From contig CALVZL010000005.1 in assembly GCA_944372525.1 (NCBI GenBank), forward strand, positions 4,200-68,199: 64,000 nucleotides of DNA. The letters are read 5' to 3'. The stretch is from an uncultured Clostridia bacterium. GTDB taxonomy: Bacteria; Bacillota; Clostridia; Christensenellales; Borkfalkiaceae. Numbering within the stretch: the first letter of the stretch is position 1; every line of letters begins with the position of its first letter. The notes beneath the pieces were generated by a model. The model worked only from the letters and a program-made list of their open reading frames with translations, searched no databases and was not told where the DNA came from. The position numbers and the translations under genes are program-made. Positions 53,378-62,910 of the stretch are shown here, piece after piece.

Positions 53378-54712
53378 TCACTCCGCCGAAAAAATCGCCC
53401 GTTCGACCGCTTCGATTCCGGCCGAACAAGCCGCTTCGTCTGCGCCCTCCGCCAAAATCCGCACAAGCGGTTCCGTTCCGGAGGCGCGCAAGAGAATTCT
53501 CCCTTCCTCGCCCAGCGCCATTTCCGCCCGTGCCGCCGCCGCGCGCACAGCGCCGCTGCGCACGACGGCATCCTTATCCTTCACCCGCACGCTCCGCACA
53601 ACCTGAGGATAGCGGATCAACCCTTCCGTCAGGCAAGAGACCGGGCATTTGCTTTCGATGGCCGTCTCCATGACCTTGAGCGCCGTCAGGATTCCGTCCC
53701 CGGTATTTTCATATTTTCGGAAAATCACGTGTCCCGAAGGCTCTCCCCCCAATAAAAAGCCTGCTCTTTGCATCTCTTCGTAGACATATTTATCTCCGAC
53801 CCGCACGCAACGACAGGAGATTCCCTCCTGCGCAAGCGACCGAATCAGTCCGTGATTGCTCATTACCGTGGCCACGATTCCCCCGCCCTCCAGCTCGCCC
53901 CGCGCCTTCATGCGACGGGCGCAAAGATAGAGGATTCCGTCGCCGTCCACCACTTTCCCCCGTTCGTCCACGCAAATGCAGCGATCGGCGTCCCCGTCAA
54001 ACGCAAATCCGACGTCCAAACGAGATTCCCGCACGGCGGAGACGAGCGCACCCGGACAAGAGGACCCGCATCCCGCGTTGATGTTGGTTCCGTCCGGCTC
54101 CGCTCCGAGTAAAAAAACTTTTGCACCGAGCGCGTCAAAAACCGCTTTTGCGATCGCCCAGCCGCTGCCGTTCGCGCAATCCAGCCCAACGCGAGTCCCG
54201 CGGAAAGAACAGCAGGGAATAGAGAGCAGGTAGCCAAGATAACGGTTTCTCCCCGCAACATAATCGACCGTCCGTCCGATCCTGTCTCCCGTTGCCGGCG
54301 AAATCGTCTCCGCAGAATCCAAATAGCGCTCGAGACGGGAGATTGTCTCCTCCTCCATTTTTTCCCCGTTCGAATCGAGCAACTTGATCCCGTTGTCGAA
54401 ATAAGGATTATGGCTTGCCGAAATCATGACCCCGCAATCAAAACCCTCCGTGCGCGCCACATACGAGACAGACGCCGTCGTCGTGACATGCAGCAGAAAG
54501 ACATCCGCACCCGTCGCCATCGCTCCGGCGGCAAGAGCATATTCAAACAAATAGGAGGATCTGCGCGTGTCTTTTCCGACCACAATCCTCCTTCTTCCCC
54601 CGTTCACGGAGGGCATCCCTCCCAAAAAACAGCCGACCCGATATGCATGCATTGCGGTAAGCGTTTCGTTTGCACTCCCGCGGAATCCGTCCGTCCCGAA
54701 ATATTTTCCCAT
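53378..54712 (-). CDS. glmM: phosphoglucosamine mutase
   Basis: MGKYFGTDGFRG from the ATG at 54712 (GGAGGA RBS), and the phosphoserine loop GVMISASHNPYFDNGIK. It ends 10 nt before the glmS start. Confidence 0.9.
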   Translation of the reverse strand: MGKYFGTDGFRGSANETLTAMHAYRVGCFLGGMPSVNGGRRRIVVGKDTRRSSYLFEYALAAGAMATGADVFLLHVTTTASVSYVARTEGFDCGVMISASHNPYFDNGIKLLDSNGEKMEEETISRLERYLDSAETISPATGDRIGRTVDYVAGRNRYLGYLLSIPCCSFRGTRVGLDCANGSGWAIAKAVFDALGAKVFLLGAEPDGTNINAGCGSSCPGALVSAVRESRLDVGFAFDGDADRCICVDERGKVVDGDGILYLCARRMKARGELEGGGIVATVMSNHGLIRSLAQEGISCRCVRVGDKYVYEEMQRAGFLLGGEPSGHVIFRKYENTGDGILTALKVMETAIESKCPVSCLTEGLIRYPQVVRSVRVKDKDAVVRSGAVRAAAARAEMALGEEGRILLRASGTEPLVRILAEGADEAACSAGIEAVERAIFSAE

Positions 54713-54856
54713 ATCTGTCCTCCGCACCCGCAAGACGTATTTCGGTGTCATCCTATGCCGAAGACAAAAGAAAACGTGAAAAACAAATAGATTGAACTTT
54801 CAAAAGAAATTTTATAATACTATGCGTGACATATTATTATAAAATGAGTAAAATAA

Positions 54857-54900
54857 TACTACGTCATACATAAATGACAACTTTTATGTATGACGTAGTA
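54857..54900 (-). terminator. perfect 18-bp inverted repeat between glpK and glmM (terminator and/or operator)
   Basis: tactacgtcatacataaa (54857-54874), 8-nt spacer, tttatgtatgacgtagta (54883-54900). An A/T-rich tract follows on the minus strand. It begins 24 nt after the glpK stop. Confidence 0.55.
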
Positions 54901-54923
54901 CTGTGTTAATTGCAAATATTTGA

Positions 54924-56396
54924 TTACGGTTTATATAAAGTACGGGCTACCGCTTTCAAATATCCTCGATAGAGCTTCTCATACCTCTCCCCTTCTCCCT
55001 GCGGAACAAAGATCCGTTCTGCCTTTCTGCGGCGCGGCACTTCCGCTTCCGAAATCAGCCCAAGCGCACAACCGCACAGCAGAGCCGCCCCCAAAGCCGT
55101 CCCCTCCCGTTCGACAGGACGGTTGACCGAAATGCCCAGTACATCGGCTTGAAACTGCATGAGAAAATTATTTGCAGAGGCGCCGCCGTCGCACTTGATC
55201 TCCCGAAGACAGATGCCGCTGTCTTTCTGCATACAATCACCAAGCTCTCTCGCACTGTAGGCAATGGATTCCAGCACCGCGCGCACAATGTGCGCCTTTG
55301 TCGTGCCGCGCGTGATGCCGCACAGCAGGCCGCGCGCATCGCTGCTCCAATGCGGCGCACCCAGTCCCGTAAAGGCAGGAACAAAGAATACGCCGCCCGT
55401 ATCGGGCACAGAACATGCAAGGGTCTCACTTTCCGCACTGGAAGAGAGGAATCCGAGTTCATCCCGCAGCCACTGTACGCCGCTTCCCGCATTAAACGCG
55501 CTTCCTTCCAGCGCGTAAACGACTTCTCCCCCCAGGGCATATCCGATCGTCGTAATCAGTCCGCTTTCCGAACGCACGCACCGCTTCCCCGTATTAAAGA
55601 GCTGAAACAATCCCGTCCCGTATGTGATCTTTCCGTCGCCCTCCGTAAGACAAGCCTGTCCGAAGAGCGCCGCCTGTTGATCTCCGGCAACTCCCGTTAT
55701 GGGAAACCGCACTCCGTTAAAGTTCGCCTCTCCCATCCGTCCGTCGCAGGGCAACGCCTGAGGCAGGACGCTCCTTGCGATCCCGAAATAGGCGAGCAGC
55801 TCGTCGTCCCAGTCCAATGTCTTCAGATCAAAGAGCATGGTGCGCGAAGCGTTGGTATAGTCGGTAACGAACCGTTTTCCCTCCGTAAATTTATAGATCA
55901 GATAGGAATCCACCGTTCCTGCGCACAGCCGTCCTCTCCGCATCGAATCGCGCGCAGCGGGCACCTCATCGAGCAGCCAGCGGATCTTGCTTGCCGAAAA
56001 ATAGGCGTCAACGGGCAATCCCGTCTTCTCGCGAATTTTCTTTTGCATTGCGGGAGGGATCTTTGCACAGTACTCTCCCGTTCTGCGGCACTGCCATACG
56101 ATAGCGGGCGCAAGCGGTTCCCCCGTCTCCCTGTCCCATATGACAACCGTCTCCCGTTGATTGGCGATCCCCATCCCGAGAATGCGATCTGCGCCGACAG
56201 ACGCAACGCAACGACTCACGACATACGCCGATTTAAAATAGATCTCCTCGGCGTCCTGCTCCACCCAACCGCTTTGAGGGAAGCTCTGCCCCACTTCCTG
56301 TTGCATGGAAAAGACAAATTTCCCCTCTTCCACATCAAAAAGCATTGCCCTGACGCTGGTCGTTCCCGCATCGAGCGCAATCAGATACCCTTTCAT
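54924..56396 (-). CDS. glpK: glycerol kinase (FGGY family)
   Basis: MKGYLIALDAGTTSVRAMLFD from the ATG at 56396 (AAAGGAGAAG RBS). NQRETVVIWDRETGEP, VWQCRRT and GDQQAALFGQ are typical of GlpK. Confidence 0.85.
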   Translation of the reverse strand: MKGYLIALDAGTTSVRAMLFDVEEGKFVFSMQQEVGQSFPQSGWVEQDAEEIYFKSAYVVSRCVASVGADRILGMGIANQRETVVIWDRETGEPLAPAIVWQCRRTGEYCAKIPPAMQKKIREKTGLPVDAYFSASKIRWLLDEVPAARDSMRRGRLCAGTVDSYLIYKFTEGKRFVTDYTNASRTMLFDLKTLDWDDELLAYFGIARSVLPQALPCDGRMGEANFNGVRFPITGVAGDQQAALFGQACLTEGDGKITYGTGLFQLFNTGKRCVRSESGLITTIGYALGGEVVYALEGSAFNAGSGVQWLRDELGFLSSSAESETLACSVPDTGGVFFVPAFTGLGAPHWSSDARGLLCGITRGTTKAHIVRAVLESIAYSARELGDCMQKDSGICLREIKCDGGASANNFLMQFQADVLGISVNRPVEREGTALGAALLCGCALGLISEAEVPRRRKAERIFVPQGEGERYEKLYRGYLKAVARTLYKP

Positions 56397-56474
56397 TCTT
56401 CTTCTCCTTTCCGAGTTCCTCCGATGTATTTTGAAGCGCCGCACAAGGCGGCGCTTTCTGCCTTTTATCCGCGC

Positions 56475-58382
56475 TCAGCAGCCTCTTCCGCCGCCGCCGC
56501 CGAATCCGCCGCCGCCAAACCCGCCGCCGAACCCGCCGCCGCCGAAATTTCCTCCGCCGCCCGTCGATGAAGGACGCGAAACCATCGCAGACGACATTCC
56601 GCGGCTCATGGAGCGGAACAGCGCATTCCACATGAGACAGTCGAATACAAAATCGCCCGTTCTGTAATTGGTGTATGCCGGAGGATCAAGGCGGATCCCC
56701 TTGAATTTCTCCGTCCACTCGTCCGTCACGCCGAGCACCTGCGCATAGGGCAGAATGTGGTAATACAGTTCGGGATCTTCTTTCAGCATAAACTCGATCT
56801 TATCCCGCTCGGTATAGAGAATAAACTGTTTGAAACCGAGGATCTGTCCGAGCCGTTCGGTATATTCCTTCGTGCGCGTGAGGAAACTGCCCGCAACGGT
56901 GCCCGTCAGTGCCGCAGCCGCGGTAAAGATCACGCTTGCCGCAGAAGTAAATCCTGCGCAAGGCACAAACGCAACGACGGCAGACGCAATCGCTCCGCCC
57001 AGGAGTCCGCCCAGCGAAAATAAGATCTGAGCCTTTGTTCCGCTCTTGTATTTGCGCTGTTTCCCGAGATTGGAGCCCGCCGCACTCAGGACAAAGGCCA
57101 CGAAGGACGAAACACACAGCACCCAAAAATAATAAGACGAAGCGACCAACGCCATACCGCAGAGAAGGGGAAGCACTCCGCACGCCAGCACGGCGAGCAC
57201 CCCGAACAAGACCGTACACGTCTTGCTCTTGGCAGAATACAGCTTTCCCGCCCGCCCCTTCACGAGCGTGATCGCCTGTTGCGCCGTCGTATAAAACGAA
57301 TTGCGCAGTGAAGAGACCCGTACCGATTCCCCGTGGCGGAACAGCCGCTCATAGACGATCCTGCGGTGCATCGGCTCGTCTTCGGGAAGCGGTTTGGAAG
57401 TTTTAACCAAAAGCGGGTCTTTCTCGTTCTCCGAAAGATCGATGAACACATACCCCTTGTCCGCAAAATAAAAGAGCAACGCGCCCAGATCCTCGCTCTC
57501 CGCGTTGTTATCGATGAGAAGCCCCATCTCCAGCGGATCCATCTGTTCGGGCGCCTCCAGATTGACTGTCGCCGTCATGATCGGATCTTTGCAGACGAAG
57601 ATCTTCACGAGGATCGCCGCGGCAAGCAGCAAAATCCCTGCAAGAACAGAGACCAACAGCATCGGGTCGACGGAAGAGGAGAGCGCCCCCTCTTCAAACT
57701 GCAAATCGAGCGTGATGCCCGCCGCGATCCGATTGCCGTATCCGTCCCAAAAGAGGCGCGGAAGTTCGTCCGCATGAATGGTGATGGTATTTCCCTCGCG
57801 CACGCCGCCGTCCGTCATGGAATCCGTCTTCGTGCCGTATTCCCCAGAGTAGATCTTCCACTCCCGCAACCCGTCCGGAACCGTGACCTTCACCGTCACG
57901 TCTTCGATCTCCGTCTGCCACCCGTATCCGATGACATCCAAGGGGAGATATCCTCTGTCCGACAGCGCCGGAACCTGCATCGTATAGGTCAACGTATAGA
58001 TGCGTTCCTGTCCTGACACGCCCCCGCTGCCCCGCAGATACCAGGAGAGATAAGAGAGAGAATCCGTCTTAATATAGGGCGAAAAATCTTTGCTCGAACA
58101 ACTTGCCTGTAAATCCGTATACCGAACTCCCGCATCCAAAGGCAAATCGCGGATAATCCCGTGCGAACTGTATCCCGTGAAAGAGACGGCGATCTCTTCT
58201 CGAACGGAAATTTGGCGATCAGACCCGACCTCCATCTCCACCTCGTAGCCGACGATCTGATAATCGTATGCGCCCGCCGCCGAAACGGAAACGGGCGGGG
58301 ATCCCCCCGCCCACAGAGCAAGCGCGAGAATCATTGCGGCAAAAAGGCAAATAACTTTCGCAAGATGCTTTGTAATTTTCAT
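56475..58382 (-). CDS. DUF2207-family membrane protein with a Gly-rich C-terminal tail
   Basis: Signal/anchor, a large extracytoplasmic N-terminal domain, a central TM cluster, and a terminal GGGGNFGGGGFGGGFGGGGFGGGGGRGC. It pairs with LemA, as is commonly seen. Confidence 0.75.
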   Translation of the reverse strand: MKITKHLAKVICLFAAMILALALWAGGSPPVSVSAAGAYDYQIVGYEVEMEVGSDRQISVREEIAVSFTGYSSHGIIRDLPLDAGVRYTDLQASCSSKDFSPYIKTDSLSYLSWYLRGSGGVSGQERIYTLTYTMQVPALSDRGYLPLDVIGYGWQTEIEDVTVKVTVPDGLREWKIYSGEYGTKTDSMTDGGVREGNTITIHADELPRLFWDGYGNRIAAGITLDLQFEEGALSSSVDPMLLVSVLAGILLLAAAILVKIFVCKDPIMTATVNLEAPEQMDPLEMGLLIDNNAESEDLGALLFYFADKGYVFIDLSENEKDPLLVKTSKPLPEDEPMHRRIVYERLFRHGESVRVSSLRNSFYTTAQQAITLVKGRAGKLYSAKSKTCTVLFGVLAVLACGVLPLLCGMALVASSYYFWVLCVSSFVAFVLSAAGSNLGKQRKYKSGTKAQILFSLGGLLGGAIASAVVAFVPCAGFTSAASVIFTAAAALTGTVAGSFLTRTKEYTERLGQILGFKQFILYTERDKIEFMLKEDPELYYHILPYAQVLGVTDEWTEKFKGIRLDPPAYTNYRTGDFVFDCLMWNALFRSMSRGMSSAMVSRPSSTGGGGNFGGGGFGGGFGGGGFGGGGGRGC

Positions 58383-58401
58383 ATTCCCCTTTCCTCATCG
58401 C

Positions 58402-58995
58402 TCAGAACTTGACGGAAGGCGTTTTGCGTTCTTCCGCGCTGTCCAATTCAAAATAAGCGCGCTTTTCCAACTTCATCACGCGTGCAACCAGATTGGAAGG
58501 AAACAGATCGATCTTGGTATTGATCTCTTTCACCGTGCCGTTGTAGTAACGGCGCGCAGACGCAATTTCATTCTCGATGCTCTTGAGCTGATTTTGCAAA
58601 TCCATAAAATTTGCGTTCGCCTTAAGTTCCGGATAGGCTTCCTGCAAGGCGAACAGGCTCTTCAGCGTACCGGTAAGCGCATTTTCCGCCGCCATCTTTC
58701 CCTCGCCCGTCGCCGTCATCGCCGCATTGCGCGCCGCAATGACCGCCTCCAGCGTTCCGCTTTCGTGTTTTGCATACCCTTTGACCGTCTCCACAAGGTT
58801 GGGAATGAGATCGTAGCGCTTTTTGAGCTGCACGTCGATCGTCGCCCATCCCTCGTCGACGATATTTTTGAGTTGCTGCAGTTTGTTGTACGTCGAAATA
58901 TACCACGCCACAACGATGATCACAAGCAAAACCACTGCGATCGCAATTACGATCCCCGCGATCGCGCCGCCGGAAATCAACAACAAATCAAGCAT
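58402..58995 (-). CDS. LemA-family protein
   Basis: A single N-terminal TM helix followed by [33 protein letters not shown]-type LemA sequence. The start MLDLLLI at 58995 has a GGAGG RBS. Confidence 0.85.
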   Translation of the reverse strand: [197 protein letters not shown]

Positions 58996-59192
58996 AGACA
59001 AACCTCCGCAAGTCATTATAATACGCGCCCATTATAACATGAAGACGGCACAATTTCAAGAGGCAAAGGACAAATTGCTGTTTTGACCGTTTGTTTTTTT
59101 CAGATAACGCATTGTAAACGATAAAAATTTGTGGTATAATGCGGGAAAGAAGTACCGTTTCCGCAAAGAACGCAGGAGAAAGGAGGAATACT

Positions 59193-59819
59193 ATGGACGA
59201 ACGGGAAAATAAACTCATTCGATATCTGAAAAAGATCTACTATCAGCATCTGCTGACTGCCGCAATCCTCATCGCGGTGGGTTTGGTGCTCGTCTTCTTT
59301 CCCGACAATTCGGCGCGCATCGCCTGCTATATCGCCAACACCGTTCTTCTGATCTGGGGAATTCTTCAAATCGTGCTCTACTGTGTGCACGGACAGCGCG
59401 GGACAAAAGGCGGCTCGCTGGTGGGCGGTACGGTCGCCGTCTGCGCGGCGATCCTGCTCTTCGTACACCCCGATATTCTGGAACAGCTCATCACGATCGC
59501 ATTCGGGATCGCACTCGTGGCGGACGGCATGGTCAAACTGCAAAAATCGATCGGTCTGCTGAAGACAAAGAGCAGCAGCGGCTATATCATACTGACGGCG
59601 GCACTCATCTCGATCGCGCTCGGCGTGATCGCTCTGTTCGCGCCCTTCGGCATGCGGACGCTCATCATCTTTTTGGGAATTTCTCTGATCGCAGACGGCG
59701 CGTTCGATATCCTCACTTCTCTTTTTCTCTTTTTAAAGAATAAGCAAAACGAAAAAACGGCGACAAAAAATCCCGCTTACCACGAAGTGAAGGAAGACGA
59801 TCCCGATGTCGGAACCTGA
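59193..59819 (+). CDS. DUF308/HdeD-like small membrane protein
   Basis: The start MDERENK follows AGGAGAAAGGAGG. Six hydrophobic helices show the paired-helix periodicity typical of DUF308. Confidence 0.65.
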   Translation: MDERENKLIRYLKKIYYQHLLTAAILIAVGLVLVFFPDNSARIACYIANTVLLIWGILQIVLYCVHGQRGTKGGSLVGGTVAVCAAILLFVHPDILEQLITIAFGIALVADGMVKLQKSIGLLKTKSSSGYIILTAALISIALGVIALFAPFGMRTLIIFLGISLIADGAFDILTSLFLFLKNKQNEKTATKNPAYHEVKEDDPDVGT

Positions 59820-59856
59820 ACGAAATTCTTCCCGGGTCAAACATGCGGAGATCTTG

Positions 59857-59891
59857 AAAAGAGTGCAGACAACTGTCCGCACTCTTTTTTT
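59857..59891 (+). terminator. intrinsic terminator after the DUF308 gene
   Basis: Stem gagtgcagac/gtccgcactc (one mismatch), flanked by AAAA and a T7 run (59885-59891). Confidence 0.6.
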
Positions 59892-60195
59892 GTACCGCGA
59901 AAACACCAAATCGCCCGCGAGTTTAGATAGGTTTTGCCGATGGGCAAAAAAAGCGAGAAACAACAGAAAGACAAACGAGAGACAAGAACAAGAAACGTAG
60001 TGCAGTTGGCGAAGAATAATATGCACGACAGGGATTCGTTGACGAGGAGCAAGCAGCCCTTGCATGGGCAGATCGTCATAGGCGTTCTTGCGTGCCGCCG
60101 AACGCATCGGGGTTCCCGCAGCCCGAAAGAGAAAATCACCGGCTCACCCGGCGGATATCTGTTTCTCTTCCTCCCTGCCGAATTCCGTTTTTACC

Positions 60196-62127
60196 TTAAA
60201 GGCCCTCTGCTTTTTTGATAAATTTCCGATCATACAGCAACGCCGCGTTCAAAACGACAAGCGCCGACCCGGCATTATGTACGATCGCGCCCGTCACGGG
60301 CGAAAGCAGTCCGAGCGAAGAGAGCAAGATCGCGACAACGTTGATCAGCATGGACAATGCGATGTTGCATTTGATGGTACGGATTGTCGACCTCGTCAGC
60401 ACGCACAAGTAGGGCAGTTTCTCGATGTCGTCGTCCATCAGCGCAATGTCTGCGGCTTCGACCGTGATATCGCTTCCGATCTCGCTCATTGCGATGCCGA
60501 CGTCTGCCGCCTTCAGCGCGGGAGCATCGTTCACACCGTCTCCCACCATGCAGACCCTGCACCCCTGTCTCTGCAGCCCTTCGATCGTCTTGACTTTATC
60601 TTCGGGAAGCAATTCCGAGCGAACATCGGAAATTCCGGCCTGCGCCGCCAAATACTCCGCCGCTTCTCTGTGATCGCCCGTCAGAAGGACCGTCTGATAT
60701 CCGAGCGCATGCAGCCTGCGCACCGTTTCTTTCGCAGTAGGACGCAACCTGTCCGAAAGCGCGATCGCGCCGAGAATCTTTCCCTCGCAGGCCGTTAAAA
60801 TGATCGCTTTCCCCTCCGACCGCAGCTTGCTCAGGACGAAGTTCTGTTCGTCTGTCGGAAAAATTCCCTTTTCGCTCAGAAACCGCCGGCTTCCGCAGTC
60901 GTAACGTCTACCGCCGAGAAACGCGCAGACACCTTTCCCCGCGGACAGCTCGAATTTTTCCGTCTCCGCAAGGGTGACGCCCTGTTTCCTCGCATATTTG
61001 ACGATCGTTTTGCCGAGCGGATGCTCGCTGCGCAGTTCGACGGAAGCCGCCGCGCTCAGCAGCTCTTCCCGCGAACATACGCCGAACGAAACGACATCGC
61101 TCACCGTCGGTTTCCCCAAGGTGAGGGTCCCCGTCTTGTCAAACGCAATGCAGTTGGCTTTCCCCATACGCTCGATCGCCTCTCCCGACTTAATCAGCAC
61201 TCCGTTTTTCGCCGCCTGACCGATCCCGGCCATAACCGAGGTCGGCGTTGCCAACGCAAGCGCGCAGGGACAGAACACGACGAGGATGGTAACCGCGCGG
61301 ATCAAAGCGGCATTGTCTTCGTTTCCGACCGCAAAATATGTCACGATCCCCACCGCCGCGGCGATGAGCAGCGCGATCGGAACGAGCAGTGTCGCCCACT
61401 TGTCTGCAATGCGCTGAAGCGGCGCTTTCTTGTTTTCCGCTTCTTTCAGGAGCGCGATCAGTTTCTGCAACGACGAATCGCTCCCCACCTGCGTCGCGAC
61501 AATGTCTACGGATCCGTAACAGTTCAGCGTCCCGCAGTATACCTCGTCTCCCTCTCCCTTATCCACGGGCAGGCTCTCCCCCGTCATGACAGATTGGTCG
61601 ACCGAGGTGCTTCCCGCAACGATCGTTCCGTCGGCGGGAAGGATTTCTCCCGCCAGAACGCGCAGCTTCATCCCTGCGCGCAATTCGGAAACTGCCATTT
61701 CCCGTTCCGTGACCGCAGTTCCCTCTTCGATGAGGACGCGCGCCGTCTGCGGCACAAGCGCAATGAGATTGTTGCGTCCTTTTTTCGCACGTTCCGCCGT
61801 CTTGTCCTCCAGGATCGAACCGACCGCCATGATAAACGCGACCTCTCCCGCCGCAAACACCTCCGCAATGCACAGCGCCGCGACCATCGCAACGGAAATC
61901 AGCAGTGCGCTGGAAATCCACCGCTGCCTGACAAGCCGCGATACGGCGAGATAAAGAAGCGGATATCCGGAAATGACAACGGTTCCCCACGCCGGATCGA
62001 GAAAAGGACTCAGGCTCAGATCGGCAAACCGCTTTGCCGCAAGCAAAATAAGACTCAACAGCAGAAAACTTCCGGAGACCGCCGTCATTTTCAAGCCCCC
62101 GCAAAATTCCGCAAGGCGTTTCCACAT
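60196..62127 (-). CDS. P1B-type heavy-metal-translocating ATPase (Zn/Cd/Co-type CPC motif), no N-terminal HMA domain
   Basis: CPCALALATP, phosphorylation site FDKTGTLT, TGDHREAA and GDGVNDAPAL. The protein starts directly with TM helices. Confidence 0.9.
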   Translation of the reverse strand: MWKRLAEFCGGLKMTAVSGSFLLLSLILLAAKRFADLSLSPFLDPAWGTVVISGYPLLYLAVSRLVRQRWISSALLISVAMVAALCIAEVFAAGEVAFIMAVGSILEDKTAERAKKGRNNLIALVPQTARVLIEEGTAVTEREMAVSELRAGMKLRVLAGEILPADGTIVAGSTSVDQSVMTGESLPVDKGEGDEVYCGTLNCYGSVDIVATQVGSDSSLQKLIALLKEAENKKAPLQRIADKWATLLVPIALLIAAAVGIVTYFAVGNEDNAALIRAVTILVVFCPCALALATPTSVMAGIGQAAKNGVLIKSGEAIERMGKANCIAFDKTGTLTLGKPTVSDVVSFGVCSREELLSAAASVELRSEHPLGKTIVKYARKQGVTLAETEKFELSAGKGVCAFLGGRRYDCGSRRFLSEKGIFPTDEQNFVLSKLRSEGKAIILTACEGKILGAIALSDRLRPTAKETVRRLHALGYQTVLLTGDHREAAEYLAAQAGISDVRSELLPEDKVKTIEGLQRQGCRVCMVGDGVNDAPALKAADVGIAMSEIGSDITVEAADIALMDDDIEKLPYLCVLTRSTIRTIKCNIALSMLINVVAILLSSLGLLSPVTGAIVHNAGSALVVLNAALLYDRKFIKKAEGL

Positions 62128-62308
62128 GAAAGATCTCCTTGACTTTTTTCGTCTTTTTTTGTATGCTGGATCCGTTTCCGGACCCTGCGTCCGAAATCAT
62201 TATATCAGATCGTGCATTGCCGCGAAACCAAATTGCATCGGTCTTTTTCGGTATTTTATCCGTTAACAGACAGATTCGGAAAACTGTACAAAAATCAGGA
62301 GAAATCAA

Positions 62309-62842
62309 ATGGACAGAAGAGTTCAAAAAACTCGTCAGGCGATTTTTGAAGCCTTTGACCGCCTCATCGCAAAACGCAGCTATTCAAAGATCTCCGTGCA
62401 AAACATCGCAGACGAAGCAAACGTCGGACGGAGCACGTTCTATGAACATTTCGAAACAAAAGACGAATTGCTTCGCCAAAAGTGTGCCGACTTGTTCACG
62501 CACATCTTCGCGCCGCACGGAACGGAAAAAACACACGGGTTTTCCGACGACTGTACATTCGGCGAAAAAATTGTCCACATCCTGTACCATCTTCTCGACG
62601 ACAAACTCTTCCTAAAAGGGATCCTTTCCGGCGAAAGCGGAGAGATCTTTTTGCAAGACTTCAGACAACACCTCATCCTCATGCAGAAAAACGCCGCGTT
62701 CGCCGTCCGAGACGTTCCGCAGGAATTTTGGAACAATCACCTTGCCGGAAGCTTCATCGAAACCGTGCGCTGGTGGCTCGCGCGCGACTGCAGAGAATCG
62801 CCAGAAGAAATCGGAAGATATTTTCTGTCTGTCATTCTCTGA
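62309..62842 (+). CDS. TetR/AcrR-family transcriptional regulator
   Basis: N-terminal HTH KTRQAIFEAFDRLIAKRSYSKISVQNIADEANVGRSTFYEHF. It is divergent from the ATPase gene. Confidence 0.85.
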   Translation: MDRRVQKTRQAIFEAFDRLIAKRSYSKISVQNIADEANVGRSTFYEHFETKDELLRQKCADLFTHIFAPHGTEKTHGFSDDCTFGEKIVHILYHLLDDKLFLKGILSGESGEIFLQDFRQHLILMQKNAAFAVRDVPQEFWNNHLAGSFIETVRWWLARDCRESPEEIGRYFLSVIL

Positions 62843-62843
62843 A

Positions 62844-62879
62844 AAAAGACCGTTCTTTCAGCAAAGAACGGTCTTTTTC
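62844..62879. terminator. bidirectional intrinsic terminator between convergent genes
   Basis: Perfect 16-bp stem aaaaagaccgttcttt/aaagaacggtcttttt around the loop cagc, with A-run and T-run flanks. Confidence 0.7.
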
Positions 62880-62910
62880 ATACCCGATCGGTTTTCCGCA
62901 TCCGCGGCGC

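Noticed and set aside
53368-53571. N-terminal 68-aa extension of glmS in the ORF track (and similar extensions of nagB, DUF4127-2, GH51, glmM, glpK and LemA)
   Set aside because: GlmS must begin with Met-Cys (MCGIVGY). The extension overlaps the glmM coding sequence. In each other case an internal ATG with a proper RBS gives the canonical N-terminus.
54713-54856. glmS ribozyme upstream of glmM/glmS
   Set aside because: I looked for the conserved core on the minus strand. The leader is only ~140 nt, very A/T-rich, and lacks the GC-rich P1/P2 core elements. A cmsearch is still needed to be certain.
56478-56570. gccgcc-rich simple-sequence tract that looks like a nucleotide repeat
   Set aside because: It encodes the poly-Gly/Phe C-terminal tail of the DUF2207 protein on the minus strand. 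The Pro-rich + strand ORF 56305-56667 is its shadow.
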